A DNA stretch of 64,000 nt from Kiritimatiellia bacterium. GTDB lineage: Bacteria > Verrucomicrobiota > Kiritimatiellia > JAQICX01. The translations under genes and the position numbers were made by a program. The stretch's first letter is position 1. Every line of letters begins with the position of its first letter. The notes under the pieces are model-generated. The model ran no database searches, was not told where the DNA came from, and worked only from the letters and a program-made list of their open reading frames with translations. The stretch lies in the NCBI GenBank assembly GCA_027858345.1, contig JAQICX010000252.1, forward strand, positions 5,297 to 69,296, written 5' to 3'. Shown one piece after another: positions 28,997 to 39,750 of this stretch.

Positions 28997-30172
28997 TTAA
29001 CCCAGTTTCTCTTTGTTATTATTAGCAATATTTCCTAAAAGTGCAATTATGCACCATGAGACCAGCAGACTTGTTCCACCATAGCTCACAAATGGCAGTG
29101 GAAATCCTTTTGGCGGAATCATTCCTGTTACCGTGGAAATACTCACTAATGCCTGAACTGTTATAATAAGTGTAAGTCCAACAGCTAACAGACGACCAAA
29201 TAGATTGATTGTCTGGAAAGCAATTGTAAGCCCGCAAATGCATATTGCAGCATAGCATATAACTACCAGCAATGTGAAAAGAAGTCCCATCTCTTCACCG
29301 ATGATTGCAAGGATAAAGTCAGTGCTTGCCTCTGGCAGGTATAATTCTTTTTGGATGCCCTGACCAAATCCTTGTCCCCAAATTCCTCCACGGGCAAACG
29401 ATATCAATGACTGCTGTAGATTATATGCTTTTCCCGGATAGTCTTCTGGATGAAGCCATGCCTGAATTCTTGTCATTCTGTTCATGTTCATCATTAAAAA
29501 AGCAATCACACCTGTCAGGGCAACTGCACCAACAGGAACAAGATATCTCAGTTGTGCTCCACCAAGAAGCATCATTGTTGCACAGACCAAGCCCATAAGC
29601 ATAACTGTACCAAAGTCAGGTTCTAGAATTATCAAGGCTAATAAAGAGCCGACAAGTAGTCCGGGGTAGATAATTAGATGTAAAATCTTGTTGCGATGCT
29701 CCATTACATTGTTATACCAACTCGCTAGAACAACAACGAGGGCTATCTTTGCAAATTCAGATGGCTGAACCGAAAATCCAAGTAGGCTAAGCCATCGATA
29801 ACTACCATTAAACTCTCTTCCAATCCCAGGCATGAAGACCAGCACTAATGCTATAAATGTTAGTGCAAATATTATTGGATAATATTTTCCTAAAATAGTG
29901 TAGTCAATATTAAGAATAATCACAAATGCAATGGCACTTAGTCCAAGCCAGATTAGCTGTTTCTTGAGCTTGTGAAACTTTGTTTTTTCTGGTGCGTTAT
30001 TCTCATGTTCTTGAGTTACTTTTTCCAGTTTGTTGAGTTCAAATGACTTAATGTTTTCTGTATATGTTACTTTTCCAATACTCGCAGCTGTAATTATTCC
30101 CAGAATTGTTAGTGTTAAAGCACATATAAAAATTGTAATTGCAAGTTTAGACATTATTATATCATGGAGCAA
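28997..30172 (-). CDS. ftsW: SEDS-family peptidoglycan glycosyltransferase (FtsW/RodA); dcw context favours FtsW
   Basis: 391 aa with about 10 TM. It carries conserved SEDS blocks ('PSEFAKIALVV', 'DFGT'). It is near murD. Confidence 0.8.
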   Translation of the reverse strand: MLHDIIMSKLAITIFICALTLTILGIITAASIGKVTYTENIKSFELNKLEKVTQEHENNAPEKTKFHKLKKQLIWLGLSAIAFVIILNIDYTILGKYYPIIFALTFIALVLVFMPGIGREFNGSYRWLSLLGFSVQPSEFAKIALVVVLASWYNNVMEHRNKILHLIIYPGLLVGSLLALIILEPDFGTVMLMGLVCATMMLLGGAQLRYLVPVGAVALTGVIAFLMMNMNRMTRIQAWLHPEDYPGKAYNLQQSLISFARGGIWGQGFGQGIQKELYLPEASTDFILAIIGEEMGLLFTLLVVICYAAICICGLTIAFQTINLFGRLLAVGLTLIITVQALVSISTVTGMIPPKGFPLPFVSYGGTSLLVSWCIIALLGNIANNNKEKLG

Positions 30173-30236
30173 AAAAAACCGGAAATATACACGATGATGT
30201 ATTCCCGGTAATAAATTTGCTTGTATTCTCTGTGTG

Positions 30237-31133
30237 TTACTCTGTAACGCTAGGAATTAGAACGGAATCACCTTTTTTAAGGATTGTTTCAACAGGAATA
30301 TTATTAAAAGTTGCAATTTCTTCAACTGTGCAACCCCACATCTGTGCAACAGAATGTAAATCTTCTGTTTCTGATGCAATATGCTTGTTTGGCTCAAGAA
30401 CAGGTGTTGATGGTATAGCTTCTTCAACTACAACTGGAGCATCTGTAGTAGGGGCAACCACAACTTCTGTTTCTTCCATCATCATTCCATCATCAAAGTT
30501 GATTTCAGGTGCTTGTGTTTCTTTGTTTTTTACAACAGGAGCAGGCTTTGTCTTTCTAGTAGTGCTTTTCTGTGTGGCTCCAGGAATGACAAGCTTTTGT
30601 CCTGCATAAATACTGTTTACGTTTGTTATCTTGTTAGCTTCTGCCAGTTCAGATGTTTTAATGCCAAATTTGCTGGCGATTTTTGACAGACAATCACCCT
30701 TTTGAACAGTGTATTCACTGCCTTCAATCTTTTTTGTTGAAGTAACTGTTTGTGTTTTATTTGCAGAAACAGTTCCAAATGTTGGAATCGCAAGTTCTTG
30801 TCCGACAAAAATCTTGTCTTTGTTTTTAATGTCATTTAGTTCGCAGATGTCAGCAACGCCAACGCCGAATTTTATAGCAATCTTGCCAAGATTATCACCC
30901 TTTTGAACTTCGTATATGATTTCAGATACTTCTGCTGTTTCAGTTATAGTAGTTTCTTCAATCACAACGTCATCGTTATAGACTGGGGCAACTTCTGTTA
31001 CAGGAAGAATTTCTGCAGGAGCAATATTATTGCCGCTGGATCCCTTCATTGTGTTTGATGTTGTACAACTTGTTGTGAATAGAAGAGCTCCTGTCAAAAC
31101 TACGGAACCCAATAAAATATTCTTTGTAAGCAT
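30237..31133 (-). CDS. LysM-repeat secreted protein (3 LysM domains)
   Basis: Signal peptide plus three LysM units: 'YEVQKGDNLGKIAIKFG', 'YTVQKGDCLSKIASKFG', '...DSVLIP'. Confidence 0.8.
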   Translation of the reverse strand: MLTKNILLGSVVLTGALLFTTSCTTSNTMKGSSGNNIAPAEILPVTEVAPVYNDDVVIEETTITETAEVSEIIYEVQKGDNLGKIAIKFGVGVADICELNDIKNKDKIFVGQELAIPTFGTVSANKTQTVTSTKKIEGSEYTVQKGDCLSKIASKFGIKTSELAEANKITNVNSIYAGQKLVIPGATQKSTTRKTKPAPVVKNKETQAPEINFDDGMMMEETEVVVAPTTDAPVVVEEAIPSTPVLEPNKHIASETEDLHSVAQMWGCTVEEIATFNNIPVETILKKGDSVLIPSVTE

Positions 31134-31479
31134 TTGTTTCTCCTAATGGTTTGATTATTAATAAACATGGCTTTGTCACGTTTTTTGTGGGTCATGCCTT
31201 TTTGTTCGCCCCAGCTATTAACTAGCGGTTATTTCGCTGAGTTAGTAGCTGGGTCGTATTATTTTCTTATAACTAACCCCGTATTGCATACGGGGCTACT
31301 AAAGTTGAACTACTTCGTAGTTTAGGAACAGCAAAGCTGTTCAATATTAATTGCCATTACGCTACGCTTCATTGCTCCAGCCTATATTGATTTATTTTTA
31401 TTTACTGAAGCATCTCTCTGCGACTGCGTCTTGAGTGCCATGTATAAAATGCATGGTTAATTAATCATTATTAATGTAA

Positions 31480-31545
31480 CGACTACAACGTAGTCGAACT
31501 TTTTATTCATTATCCGTGTATATCAGTGTCAATCCGTGGCTAAGA
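31480..31545 (-). promoter_or_regulatory. 'TTAGCCACGGATTGACACTGATATACACGGAT' motif (copy a of 3)
   Basis: The same 30-40 nt motif, with a duplicated CACGGAT core and an embedded TTGACA, recurs at 54590-54640 and 63600-63650. Confidence 0.4.
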
Positions 31546-31595
31546 TTAGTAAGTTAAACACTTACCCACACAAACAGTGACAGAGCCATAAAAAT

Positions 31596-32963
31596 TTAAA
31601 AACTATTTGCAAGTTTCTGGAATACTTGACCTCTTTCCTTATATCCGGAAAACTGGTCAAAGCTGGCACATGCAGGTGATAACAAAATTATATCTCCACT
31701 TTCGGACTCTTGAAATGCACTTTTTGCAGCATTTTCTAAAGTCTTTTTGTATTCGCATGATACAATATCTTTCCATGCGTCTAACATGACATTTCCATCA
31801 TTCCCTATAAGATATATTTTTTTGACAAATTTATCCAGCAAATCTTTTGTATATTCCAGTTTTTTTTCCTTTAAAATGCCTCCAGCGATAAGAATTATGT
31901 TTTTTTTGGTTCCAAACGTGTTTAATGCCGCTTCTAAGGATGCAAGATTTGTTGCTTTTGAATCATCAATGAAGATTCGATTATCAATTTTTCTGACAAA
32001 TTCAGTTCTATGAGATAGTGATTTGAAGTTGAGTATGGTCTCTTTTATGATCTCTTTATCTATTTTAAAAAAACTAGTTGCAATGTATGCAGCAATTGCA
32101 TTCAGACTTAACACTTTATTGTCAAAATAACTGTTTGAAATTGATATGCACTTTTTAGTTCCCTGATATATTGAATTATTTAAATAATGAAACTCGGAGT
32201 CATTAGTTTTTGAATCTGTAAATACGGTAACTTTTGCATCTGTAGATATATCATTGAAGTCATCTAAAGTTTTTTTGAAAGCAATTGCAAGCTCAGATGA
32301 ATCCATGTTTTTGAATAATAGCTTTTTTGTTGAAGCATATTCATTAATTGTTCCGTGCCTGTCAAGGTGGTCGGCTTGCACATTTAGGATTATGCCTACT
32401 TTTGGTTTGAAATCATGAATCCACTCAAGCTGAAAGGAACTGACTTCCGCAACATAATAGTCGGGCTGATGTTCTTGTAACACAAAAGCAGCTAGAGGAG
32501 TTCCATAGTTTCCGCATGGAATAGCTTCTTTCCCTGAGTTATTTATTATTTCACTTATTAGTTTCGTCGTTGTGCTTTTTCCATTGCTTCCGGTTATTGC
32601 AATTATTGGCCGCTTACAAAATTGGAATGCCAATTCAAGTTCTGAAACTATTAATATATTGTTTTCTTGAGCAGTTGAATGCAGTATATGAGCTTTTGGA
32701 ATTCCAGGGCTGGTGACAACTAAATCAAACTCCTTTAATTCAACCATTTTGTTTATAAGGTCAAGATTGTTTGTCGCTTCAATATTTATAGCATCAAATG
32801 TTTTGACGTTTTTATCCTCATCATAGTTGTCATCATATAAAAGTATATTTTTATCTAGGGATTTCAGAAGCTTTGCAGCCTCAATTCCGCTTTTCCCACA
32901 ACCAATGACAAGTACTTCTGATGATTCTTGTATTATTTTGTCTATCATTTTGTTTTTTTTCAA
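31596..32963 (-). CDS. murD: UDP-N-acetylmuramoylalanine--D-glutamate ligase
   Basis: N-terminal 'VLVIGCGKSGIEAAKLL' Rossmann motif, 'ITGSNGKSTTT' P-loop, and C-terminal 'LLSPACASFDQF'. Confidence 0.85.
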   Translation of the reverse strand: MKKNKMIDKIIQESSEVLVIGCGKSGIEAAKLLKSLDKNILLYDDNYDEDKNVKTFDAINIEATNNLDLINKMVELKEFDLVVTSPGIPKAHILHSTAQENNILIVSELELAFQFCKRPIIAITGSNGKSTTTKLISEIINNSGKEAIPCGNYGTPLAAFVLQEHQPDYYVAEVSSFQLEWIHDFKPKVGIILNVQADHLDRHGTINEYASTKKLLFKNMDSSELAIAFKKTLDDFNDISTDAKVTVFTDSKTNDSEFHYLNNSIYQGTKKCISISNSYFDNKVLSLNAIAAYIATSFFKIDKEIIKETILNFKSLSHRTEFVRKIDNRIFIDDSKATNLASLEAALNTFGTKKNIILIAGGILKEKKLEYTKDLLDKFVKKIYLIGNDGNVMLDAWKDIVSCEYKKTLENAAKSAFQESESGDIILLSPACASFDQFSGYKERGQVFQKLANSF

Positions 32964-33454
32964 TATTATTCTTCATTTTTTCGTCGGTCAACGACCGACG
33001 CTACAGGTGTTGTGTCTGTAAATGAACCCTAGTCCTCAAAAGCTCCTCCCGGGAACGCCGAGCTTGAAGGACAAACTCGGCATAATCATAACATGAGCGT
33101 AGCTAATTCCCCCCCTTACGCCTTAGTCCGCCAAAGCTCCTCCCGCTTTTAGGGGAGGTGGCGATCCCGCTACCATTTGCTTTTTTTAAAGCAAAGTGGC
33201 GGCGGTAGAGACGGAGGGGTACTTACACCCCAACTATCCGTCCTCCAAGAAGGACTCAATGACTCAGGACTCTGGACTCAAACCCACCACGCAGACTTTG
33301 CCATTGCCAGCCACTCTACTATCGTTTTTCGTTGGTCGTAAATCGTTGGTCGCAGCACACCCCAATAAAACTGCACGCCAACCACCAGTCCGCCAAAGTT
33401 CCTCCCTCTTTTAGGGGAGGTGGCGAGCAACGCGAGACGGAGGGGTATCCCTTA

Positions 33455-33492
33455 ACCTTAACCTTAACCTTAATCTTAACCTTAATCTGCTG
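33455..33492. repeat. hexanucleotide microsatellite (CCTTAA)6 with one TCTTAA variant
   Basis: 'ccttaaccttaaccttaaccttaatcttaaccttaa' is read directly from the sequence. It is intergenic, between the murD promoter region and the lon 3' end. Confidence 0.9.
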
Positions 33493-33557
33493 GCTTCCGC
33501 CTCCGTTCCTACGGCGCGACAGGCCGCCAGCTTTGGTTGCGGCTATGCCGCCCCAAG

Positions 33558-36005
33558 CTAAATCCCGGTGATCTTCAAAACATCATCAAAATGAGAGACA
33601 AAATGTGCTTTCAGTCCATCTCTGATATAATCTGGTATTTCCGCATAATCCTTCTCATTTGACTTTGGCAGGATGATATCAGAAACACTTGCACGTTTTG
33701 CAGCAATTGTCTTTTCCTTTACACCACCAATTGGTAGAACTCTGCCGGTTAATGATAGTTCGCCTGTCATGGCAATGTTTTTTCTGACAGCTTTTCCTGT
33801 TGCAAGTGAGTATAGAGCAAGAGCCATTGTTATACCAGCCGATGGACCATCTTTGCGTGTTGCTCCAGCGGGAACGTGCATATGGATTGCACTGTTCTTG
33901 AAAAATTCCCTCATATCCTCATTATCATCAAAAATAGATTGAATATATGAATATGCAATTTGAGATGATTCGATCATGACATTGCCTAATTGTCCAGTTT
34001 GTTTAAATGCTGAAGTACCTGTATTGATTTTGTTTGCCTCAATATATAGTGTAACACCACCAAGACTTGTCCATGCAAGCCCCATAACAACACCAGGAAT
34101 TTCCTCTTTATATAGTTCTTCATCATTGTACTTTGGTTCCCCAAGAAAATCTTTCAGGTTCTTTTTTGTTAATGAAAGGTTTTTAAGCTTTTTGTTCAAT
34201 ATGAACCTTTTTGCAACTTTTCTGCATGCTTTTTTAATCTGCTTGTCTAATGTTCTAACTCCAGGCTCACGGGCATACCCACTGATCATATTGTTCAATG
34301 CAGCATTGGTAATCCTAAACTTAGAACTTTTTAATCCAGCACTACCTAAGGCTTTTGGAATCAGATATTTTTTTGCAATCTCCACTTTTTCCTCTTGAAT
34401 ATATCCTGCCAGTTCAATAACTTCCATTCTGTCCAGCAACGGTCGTGGTATTGTATCCAGTTGATTTGCTGTGCAGATGAAAAATACATTTGACAGGTCA
34501 AAGCGAACATCAATATAATGATCCAAGAAGTCAGAATTCTGTTCAGGGTCAAGAACTTCCAATAGAGCTGATGCAGGGTCGCCGTTATAGCTTTTGCTAA
34601 TCTTGTCAATTTCATCAAGCATGATTACCGGATTTGCTGTTTTACAAGTTTTAAGAGCTTGTATAAACTTGCCCGGCATTGCCCCTATGTAGGTGCGTCG
34701 ATGTCCCTTGATTTCCGCCTCATCTTTAGCTCCTCCAACAGAAAACCTGTAGAATTTTCTGCCAAGACTTCTGGCAATCGATTGACCTAGTGAGGTTTTA
34801 CCTACCCCCGGAGCACCAACAAGACAAAGAATCGTTCCACTGATTTCACCTTTGTTAATTCCAACAGCAAGGAACTCAAGAATTCTCTCTTTTACATCTT
34901 CAAGTCCATAATGATCTTCATTTAATATTGTTTCAGCTTTCCTAAGGTCAAGATTATCTTTACTATGCACGCCCCATGGAATTGAGGTCAGCCAGTCCAG
35001 ATAGTTTCTTGTAACTGTAAATTCAGGTGAGTGCTGTTCGATGATATTAAATTTTTGCAGCTCTTCCTGATATTTTTCTTTGGCCTCTTTTGTAAGTTTT
35101 AGTTTCTTAAGCCTTTTGTTGAAGATGTCAACATCTGCTTCTTTTCCATCTTTGGATATACCAAGCTCATTTTTGATCATCTTAAGTTGTTCACGCAGAA
35201 AGAATTCTCTCTGCTGCTTGTTCATATTGTCTTCAACTTTTTTGCTGATCTTTGCCTGAATTTTTGAAATATCAATTTCGTTTTTCAATAGTATAAGCAC
35301 TTTTGAAAGGCGTTCTTTTATGTCAAGCTCTTCAAGTACCTCCTGAAGTTCAGCTCCAGATGCAGTTGTCAGTGCGGCAGCAATGTCAGCAAGTCTTCCT
35401 GGTTCGTTCAGTGATGAGTGAGACATAAAGATGCTTAAATCTTCTTTGTGTAGAGGATTAAGTTTGATTAACTCTTTTATACACTTTATGACAGCAACTG
35501 TATATGCCTTTAAGTTATTGTCATTTTCGATATAGTTCTTTTGGAGAAATTCAACTCTGGCAATTAAATACGGATCACAAGAGACTTCTTGTATTGCACG
35601 TATGCGATGACCAATGTTGATCACAACCTGTATTGGTGCATGGGCATCCGGCGGAACGTTTAGGTGAACAATATCACCAATAACACCAATTTCATATAGT
35701 TCATCAAGCTTGATGTCTGATACAGATTTTTTATTGCTGGTATTTGGTTTTTTGAAAAACAGGGCAATCTTTTTGTCTTTCAGTTTATTGACTTCTATGA
35801 TCATTTTTTTTGTCACTTTATTGTCAATAATCATTGGAACCGTAAGCATTGGGAATAATGGTTGGTCAATTAATGGCAATACCGGCAGTGTAAAAGGTAA
35901 AATATCTTTTGGTAAAACTAACTGACCATCTTTGTCATACAATTGTTCATCATCTGAAATTATATCAATCTCTTCCGGTTCTCTTTTTTCTTGTTCTTCA
36001 CTCAT
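33558..36005 (-). CDS. lon: ATP-dependent Lon protease
   Basis: 815 aa with an N-terminal LON domain, an AAA+ Walker A 'GAPGVGKTS', and the proteolytic 'DGPSAGITMALAL' with its Ser-Lys dyad region. Confidence 0.9.
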   Translation of the reverse strand: MSEEQEKREPEEIDIISDDEQLYDKDGQLVLPKDILPFTLPVLPLIDQPLFPMLTVPMIIDNKVTKKMIIEVNKLKDKKIALFFKKPNTSNKKSVSDIKLDELYEIGVIGDIVHLNVPPDAHAPIQVVINIGHRIRAIQEVSCDPYLIARVEFLQKNYIENDNNLKAYTVAVIKCIKELIKLNPLHKEDLSIFMSHSSLNEPGRLADIAAALTTASGAELQEVLEELDIKERLSKVLILLKNEIDISKIQAKISKKVEDNMNKQQREFFLREQLKMIKNELGISKDGKEADVDIFNKRLKKLKLTKEAKEKYQEELQKFNIIEQHSPEFTVTRNYLDWLTSIPWGVHSKDNLDLRKAETILNEDHYGLEDVKERILEFLAVGINKGEISGTILCLVGAPGVGKTSLGQSIARSLGRKFYRFSVGGAKDEAEIKGHRRTYIGAMPGKFIQALKTCKTANPVIMLDEIDKISKSYNGDPASALLEVLDPEQNSDFLDHYIDVRFDLSNVFFICTANQLDTIPRPLLDRMEVIELAGYIQEEKVEIAKKYLIPKALGSAGLKSSKFRITNAALNNMISGYAREPGVRTLDKQIKKACRKVAKRFILNKKLKNLSLTKKNLKDFLGEPKYNDEELYKEEIPGVVMGLAWTSLGGVTLYIEANKINTGTSAFKQTGQLGNVMIESSQIAYSYIQSIFDDNEDMREFFKNSAIHMHVPAGATRKDGPSAGITMALALYSLATGKAVRKNIAMTGELSLTGRVLPIGGVKEKTIAAKRASVSDIILPKSNEKDYAEIPDYIRDGLKAHFVSHFDDVLKITGI

Positions 36006-36269
36006 AAATTATCTTTCTGTATTTTTTTGGTTCTGTCAAAAGTTTGCAGGCTGAGCCTGCACTCAATTCTTTATAAATTCTATAAAAGTGTACGGTTTAC
36101 AGTGTACAGTACCAGTTTTCTTATTTCTTCGCTCTGAGAGCTGCGAAAAACACTGCCGCCTTCGCTGTTCCAGTCTACGGCGCGACATGCCGTGGGTAAC
36201 AACGTGGTCACTGCGTTGCTTTAGACGAGCTAAAGCCTCTCTTAAGCTTTGCTACGAGTTTAGGTTGTA

Positions 36270-37330
36270 AGCGTTTTAAGCTTCCCGAGCCGTAGCGACT
36301 CGGCTACAGTTGCTGAAACTGCAAGTTCACCGTTAACCTGCAACGTTCACCCTGTAGCCGTGTCGCTTCGGCACGGACAATGTTTTCCTGATCTTTTCAC
36401 ACTTGCATAAAACCAGCGGGAGTACAGCTGGAGCCAGCGACAGTAATGAAGCGAAGCGTAATGATCTAACCTTGAAGCTTGCGTTACCTTTCGTCGGTCA
36501 ACGCCCGACGCTACAGGCGTTGTTTTTGCAACCCAACATTGTCCGCCAAAGCTCCTCCCCGGCTAGCTCGCTAGTCCCGCTCTGCGGGAGGAGGTCACCT
36601 CGCCTGCGAGGTGGGAGGGGTATTCCATTTCATATTTTTTCATATAATTACAGAAATATTTTTACAAATATCCTTGGTTCTTATGTCCGGATGTTTGCTG
36701 ATCAGTCATTGAACTCTGACTCTTGTGCGGAACATATTCATCATCTCGTCGCCTTATATGATCCTTCTTTTCCATCTTCTCGATTGCTTCTCTGGTTCTT
36801 CGCATATCTTCTTTATAAAATGCCTGCGGAGCTTTTCATCAATTCATAATTTATAATTCAGCATTCATAATTATCATGATTATTTATGACACTTCTTTCT
36901 TTTAAGATTGACTAATAATATAATAACACTTTTATACTGTCAACACTAACATCATCAAATCATCAAAAACCTCATTTTTTCGATTGTTTAACTTTTATGT
37001 TTGAATTTATGTAATACGGCGGGGTGAAGCACCCCGACCCTACAGCAGTTGAATTTGCAGTTTAACGATGGAATTACAAATCAGCGTCTGTAGGGACGGG
37101 GCCGTGACCCCGCCGGGAAAACGAATCAACTAAAATTGAGAAATCTTCCGAGCCGTAGCGACTCGGCTATAGGTGTGAGATTTGCAGTTTAACGATGGAT
37201 TTGTGAATCACCGTCTGTAGCCGAGTCCCGTGGGCTCGGAAAAAATAAAGTTACGTATTCCGAAATCAAAGCTAAAAGCTTAATTCGCAGGTGTTTTGTA
37301 GGGTCGGGGTGCTTCACCCCGCCGTAAAGA
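36270..37330. repeat. cluster of REP/BIME-like palindromic units (GC hairpin + CTACAG/CTGTAG box), arranged as inverted pairs about 100 bp apart
   Basis: Examples: 'ccgagccgtagcgactcggctacag' (36288, 37150), 'ctgtagccgagtcccgtgggctcgg' (37213), 'ggcggggtgaagcaccccgaccctacag' (37011) with its inverse at 37293, and 'tcgtcggtcaacgcccgacgctacag' (36490). Confidence 0.75.
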
Positions 37331-37476
37331 GTATACAACCAAAAAATAGAGGGATAAAAACTTTCTAAAAAAAATAGAAGTTGCATTTTTTGCACAATAT
37401 ATATAATATAGCTCTACAATTATTTAAAATAGAGAACACATAATGATAATAACAAAAAACTTAGAAAGATCCACTC

Positions 37477-39171
37477 ATGCACTATCTTGATGAAAATATG
37501 ATTTTTATTTTTCTTGTGCAGGTTAGTCTGCTTCTCGGCTTTTCAAGAGCCGCAGGACTACTATTACGACGAATCGGACAACCTGCCATTTCTGGGGAAA
37601 TTCTAGTCGGAATTTTACTTGGTCCCACCCTGTTCGGACGAATGCTGCCTGGTCTGCATGCTGCCATCTTTCCTCCTGACGCTATGCAACAGAATATGCT
37701 TGAGACAGTTGCCTGGCTGGGTATTCTTTTTTTTCTACTGGATGCCGGACTGAATACCAATCTAGTTGCCGCCCTAAGACAACGCCGCGATGCACTTAAA
37801 ATCTCACTATCGGATCTTATTCTTCCAATGATAATAGCCTTTATACCTGTATGGTTCCTACCTGAATGCTATATAGGGTCAGGTGCCAACCGACTGCTAT
37901 TCTCTCTGTTCATTGCTACAATCATGACCATCAGTGCCTTGCCTGTAACTGCCCGCATACTTCAGGATCTTGGAATCTATAAGAGCGACGCCAGTTTGCT
38001 AACAATGTGTGCATTGACAATAAATGACATTGCTGGATGGCTTGTATTTGCCGTCATCCTCGGCTTCGTGACCGGTGGTCATGCTAGTCTTCTCAAAATT
38101 CCCATAATCATAGCTGCCACCATTGTGTTCACACTGTTCTGCTTCACAGCAGGCAAAAAAATAACAGACCGCCTGCTCAGTGAGATTAACTACCTTGAGC
38201 TACCCCAGTCAGGAACATCACTAACACTGATTTTCATCCTCGGAATGGTCGGTGGAGCGACCACGCTGGCTATAGGCATACACGCATTGTTTGGATTTTT
38301 CATAGTGGGCATCATGGCTGGCGAATCGCGTCACCTATCAGAAAATAGCCGGGAAACCATTTCTCAACTAGTTAGAGCACTGCTCGTGCCGCTATTTTTT
38401 GCTTCTATTGGGCTTAAGATTGACTTCCTTAAAGAACTCGATCTGCCACTGATCGCACTCATGTTGGGTATCGGTGTCGCAGGACGGTTCATCGGAGCCT
38501 GGGTAGGAGTAAGCATTACCAGTCACCCTAAAACTAATCGTCACCTGATCTCGGCAGCACACACACCAGGAGGTGAGATGCAGATTGTCATTGGAATTCT
38601 GGCGATGGAGTACGCAGTAATCACCCCTCCAGTATTTGTCTCTATCATTGTAAGTGCGGTGCTCTCATCAGTGCTGGCTGGTCCATGGATGAAAGTTGCG
38701 CTAAAACGCGGACGAAAATTCCACCCGGCCACCTCGCTGAATTCTTCAAACATTATTCCATCGCTTATCGCCGCCAACCGCGACGAGGTTATCCAAACAC
38801 TATGCGAACGAACCGGGATGGGACTTAATCCACAAGAGGTGACCGCCGCCGTGCTTAAGCGCGAAGAACTGATGGGGACAGCTTTAGGTTATGGCGTAGC
38901 AGTTCCACATGCAAGAATGGAAGAAATTGCCACCCCCCGCCTAGGCTTCGCACGTGTACCTGCCGGGATTGAATGGAATGCCCCAGACGGTAAGCCAGTT
39001 CAATTCATCTTTCTACTGCTGACACCAGCCGGCGAAGACGACTCCCAACTTCATATGCTACGTGCCATTGGAAAAACCATGAACTGTACCCAAAATAGGG
39101 AACAGCTACTGAGTGCACACGACAGCGAAATCGGCTCGCAGTTAATCACCATGTTCGGGGAACCATGTTGA
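37477..39171 (+). CDS. monovalent cation/H+ antiporter (CPA/KefB-like) fused to a C-terminal PTS EIIA-Ntr (PtsN-like) domain
   Basis: About 400 aa with 11-12 TM helices of the Na_H_Exchanger type. The C-terminal 150 aa ('...AVPHARMEEIATPRLGFARVPAGIEWNAPDGKPVQFIFLLLTPAGEDDSQLHMLRAIGK') is the EIIA-Ntr/fructose-type PTS IIA fold with its His region. Confidence 0.75.
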   Translation: MHYLDENMIFIFLVQVSLLLGFSRAAGLLLRRIGQPAISGEILVGILLGPTLFGRMLPGLHAAIFPPDAMQQNMLETVAWLGILFFLLDAGLNTNLVAALRQRRDALKISLSDLILPMIIAFIPVWFLPECYIGSGANRLLFSLFIATIMTISALPVTARILQDLGIYKSDASLLTMCALTINDIAGWLVFAVILGFVTGGHASLLKIPIIIAATIVFTLFCFTAGKKITDRLLSEINYLELPQSGTSLTLIFILGMVGGATTLAIGIHALFGFFIVGIMAGESRHLSENSRETISQLVRALLVPLFFASIGLKIDFLKELDLPLIALMLGIGVAGRFIGAWVGVSITSHPKTNRHLISAAHTPGGEMQIVIGILAMEYAVITPPVFVSIIVSAVLSSVLAGPWMKVALKRGRKFHPATSLNSSNIIPSLIAANRDEVIQTLCERTGMGLNPQEVTAAVLKREELMGTALGYGVAVPHARMEEIATPRLGFARVPAGIEWNAPDGKPVQFIFLLLTPAGEDDSQLHMLRAIGKTMNCTQNREQLLSAHDSEIGSQLITMFGEPC

Positions 39172-39750
39172 CCAACGAGGGCAATATGTCTCCGCAGCAA
39201 AGAATTTAACAAAAATATGCAAGGCTATTAATATGTCCCCCCTACAGGGCTTGCAATTGCTTGTTTCAAAGTTGCTAACATGCATTGTTCCATAAACTTT
39301 TGGCACTTTTTAATCAGCCACGATTGTTGCAGTGCATTTAAAGCGATTTAACATGTGTTGTTCCATTTGCTTTTGGTTATATTGTTTGTGACAACAAAAG
39401 CAATGTAACCAAAGGTGAATGGCAACACATTCTTCAAGAATATCCAGCTATTACTGCTCCCTTTTCGTGTCTTTTCGTGCCTTTCGTGGTAAAAAACTCT
39501 TTTCTTCTTTGTGTCCTTTGTGCCTCTTTGTGGCTAAAATTCTTCTCTTTCTTAATCCCATTAATCTGCGAAATCTGCGGATAAAACTATTTTGGTTGCC
39601 TGCCTGTTCGTGTACTCACGCAGACAGGCGACTAGGCCGCTCTAAGTTTATTCGTGGCTAAGAGAAAAAAAGAATCTGCAACCGAAAAATCAAGGTCATC
39701 TTTGGTCTTGCCAGTTTTTTGTTGAAAGATTTTGTTCAATGCTTTAAAGT

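Noticed and set aside
33196-33571. ORFs 33196..33414 and 33332..33571 (+)
   Set aside because: They are inside the repeat-rich spacer that includes the (CCTTAA)n microsatellite. The same applies to 36088..36270 and 36403..36849 in the REP field.
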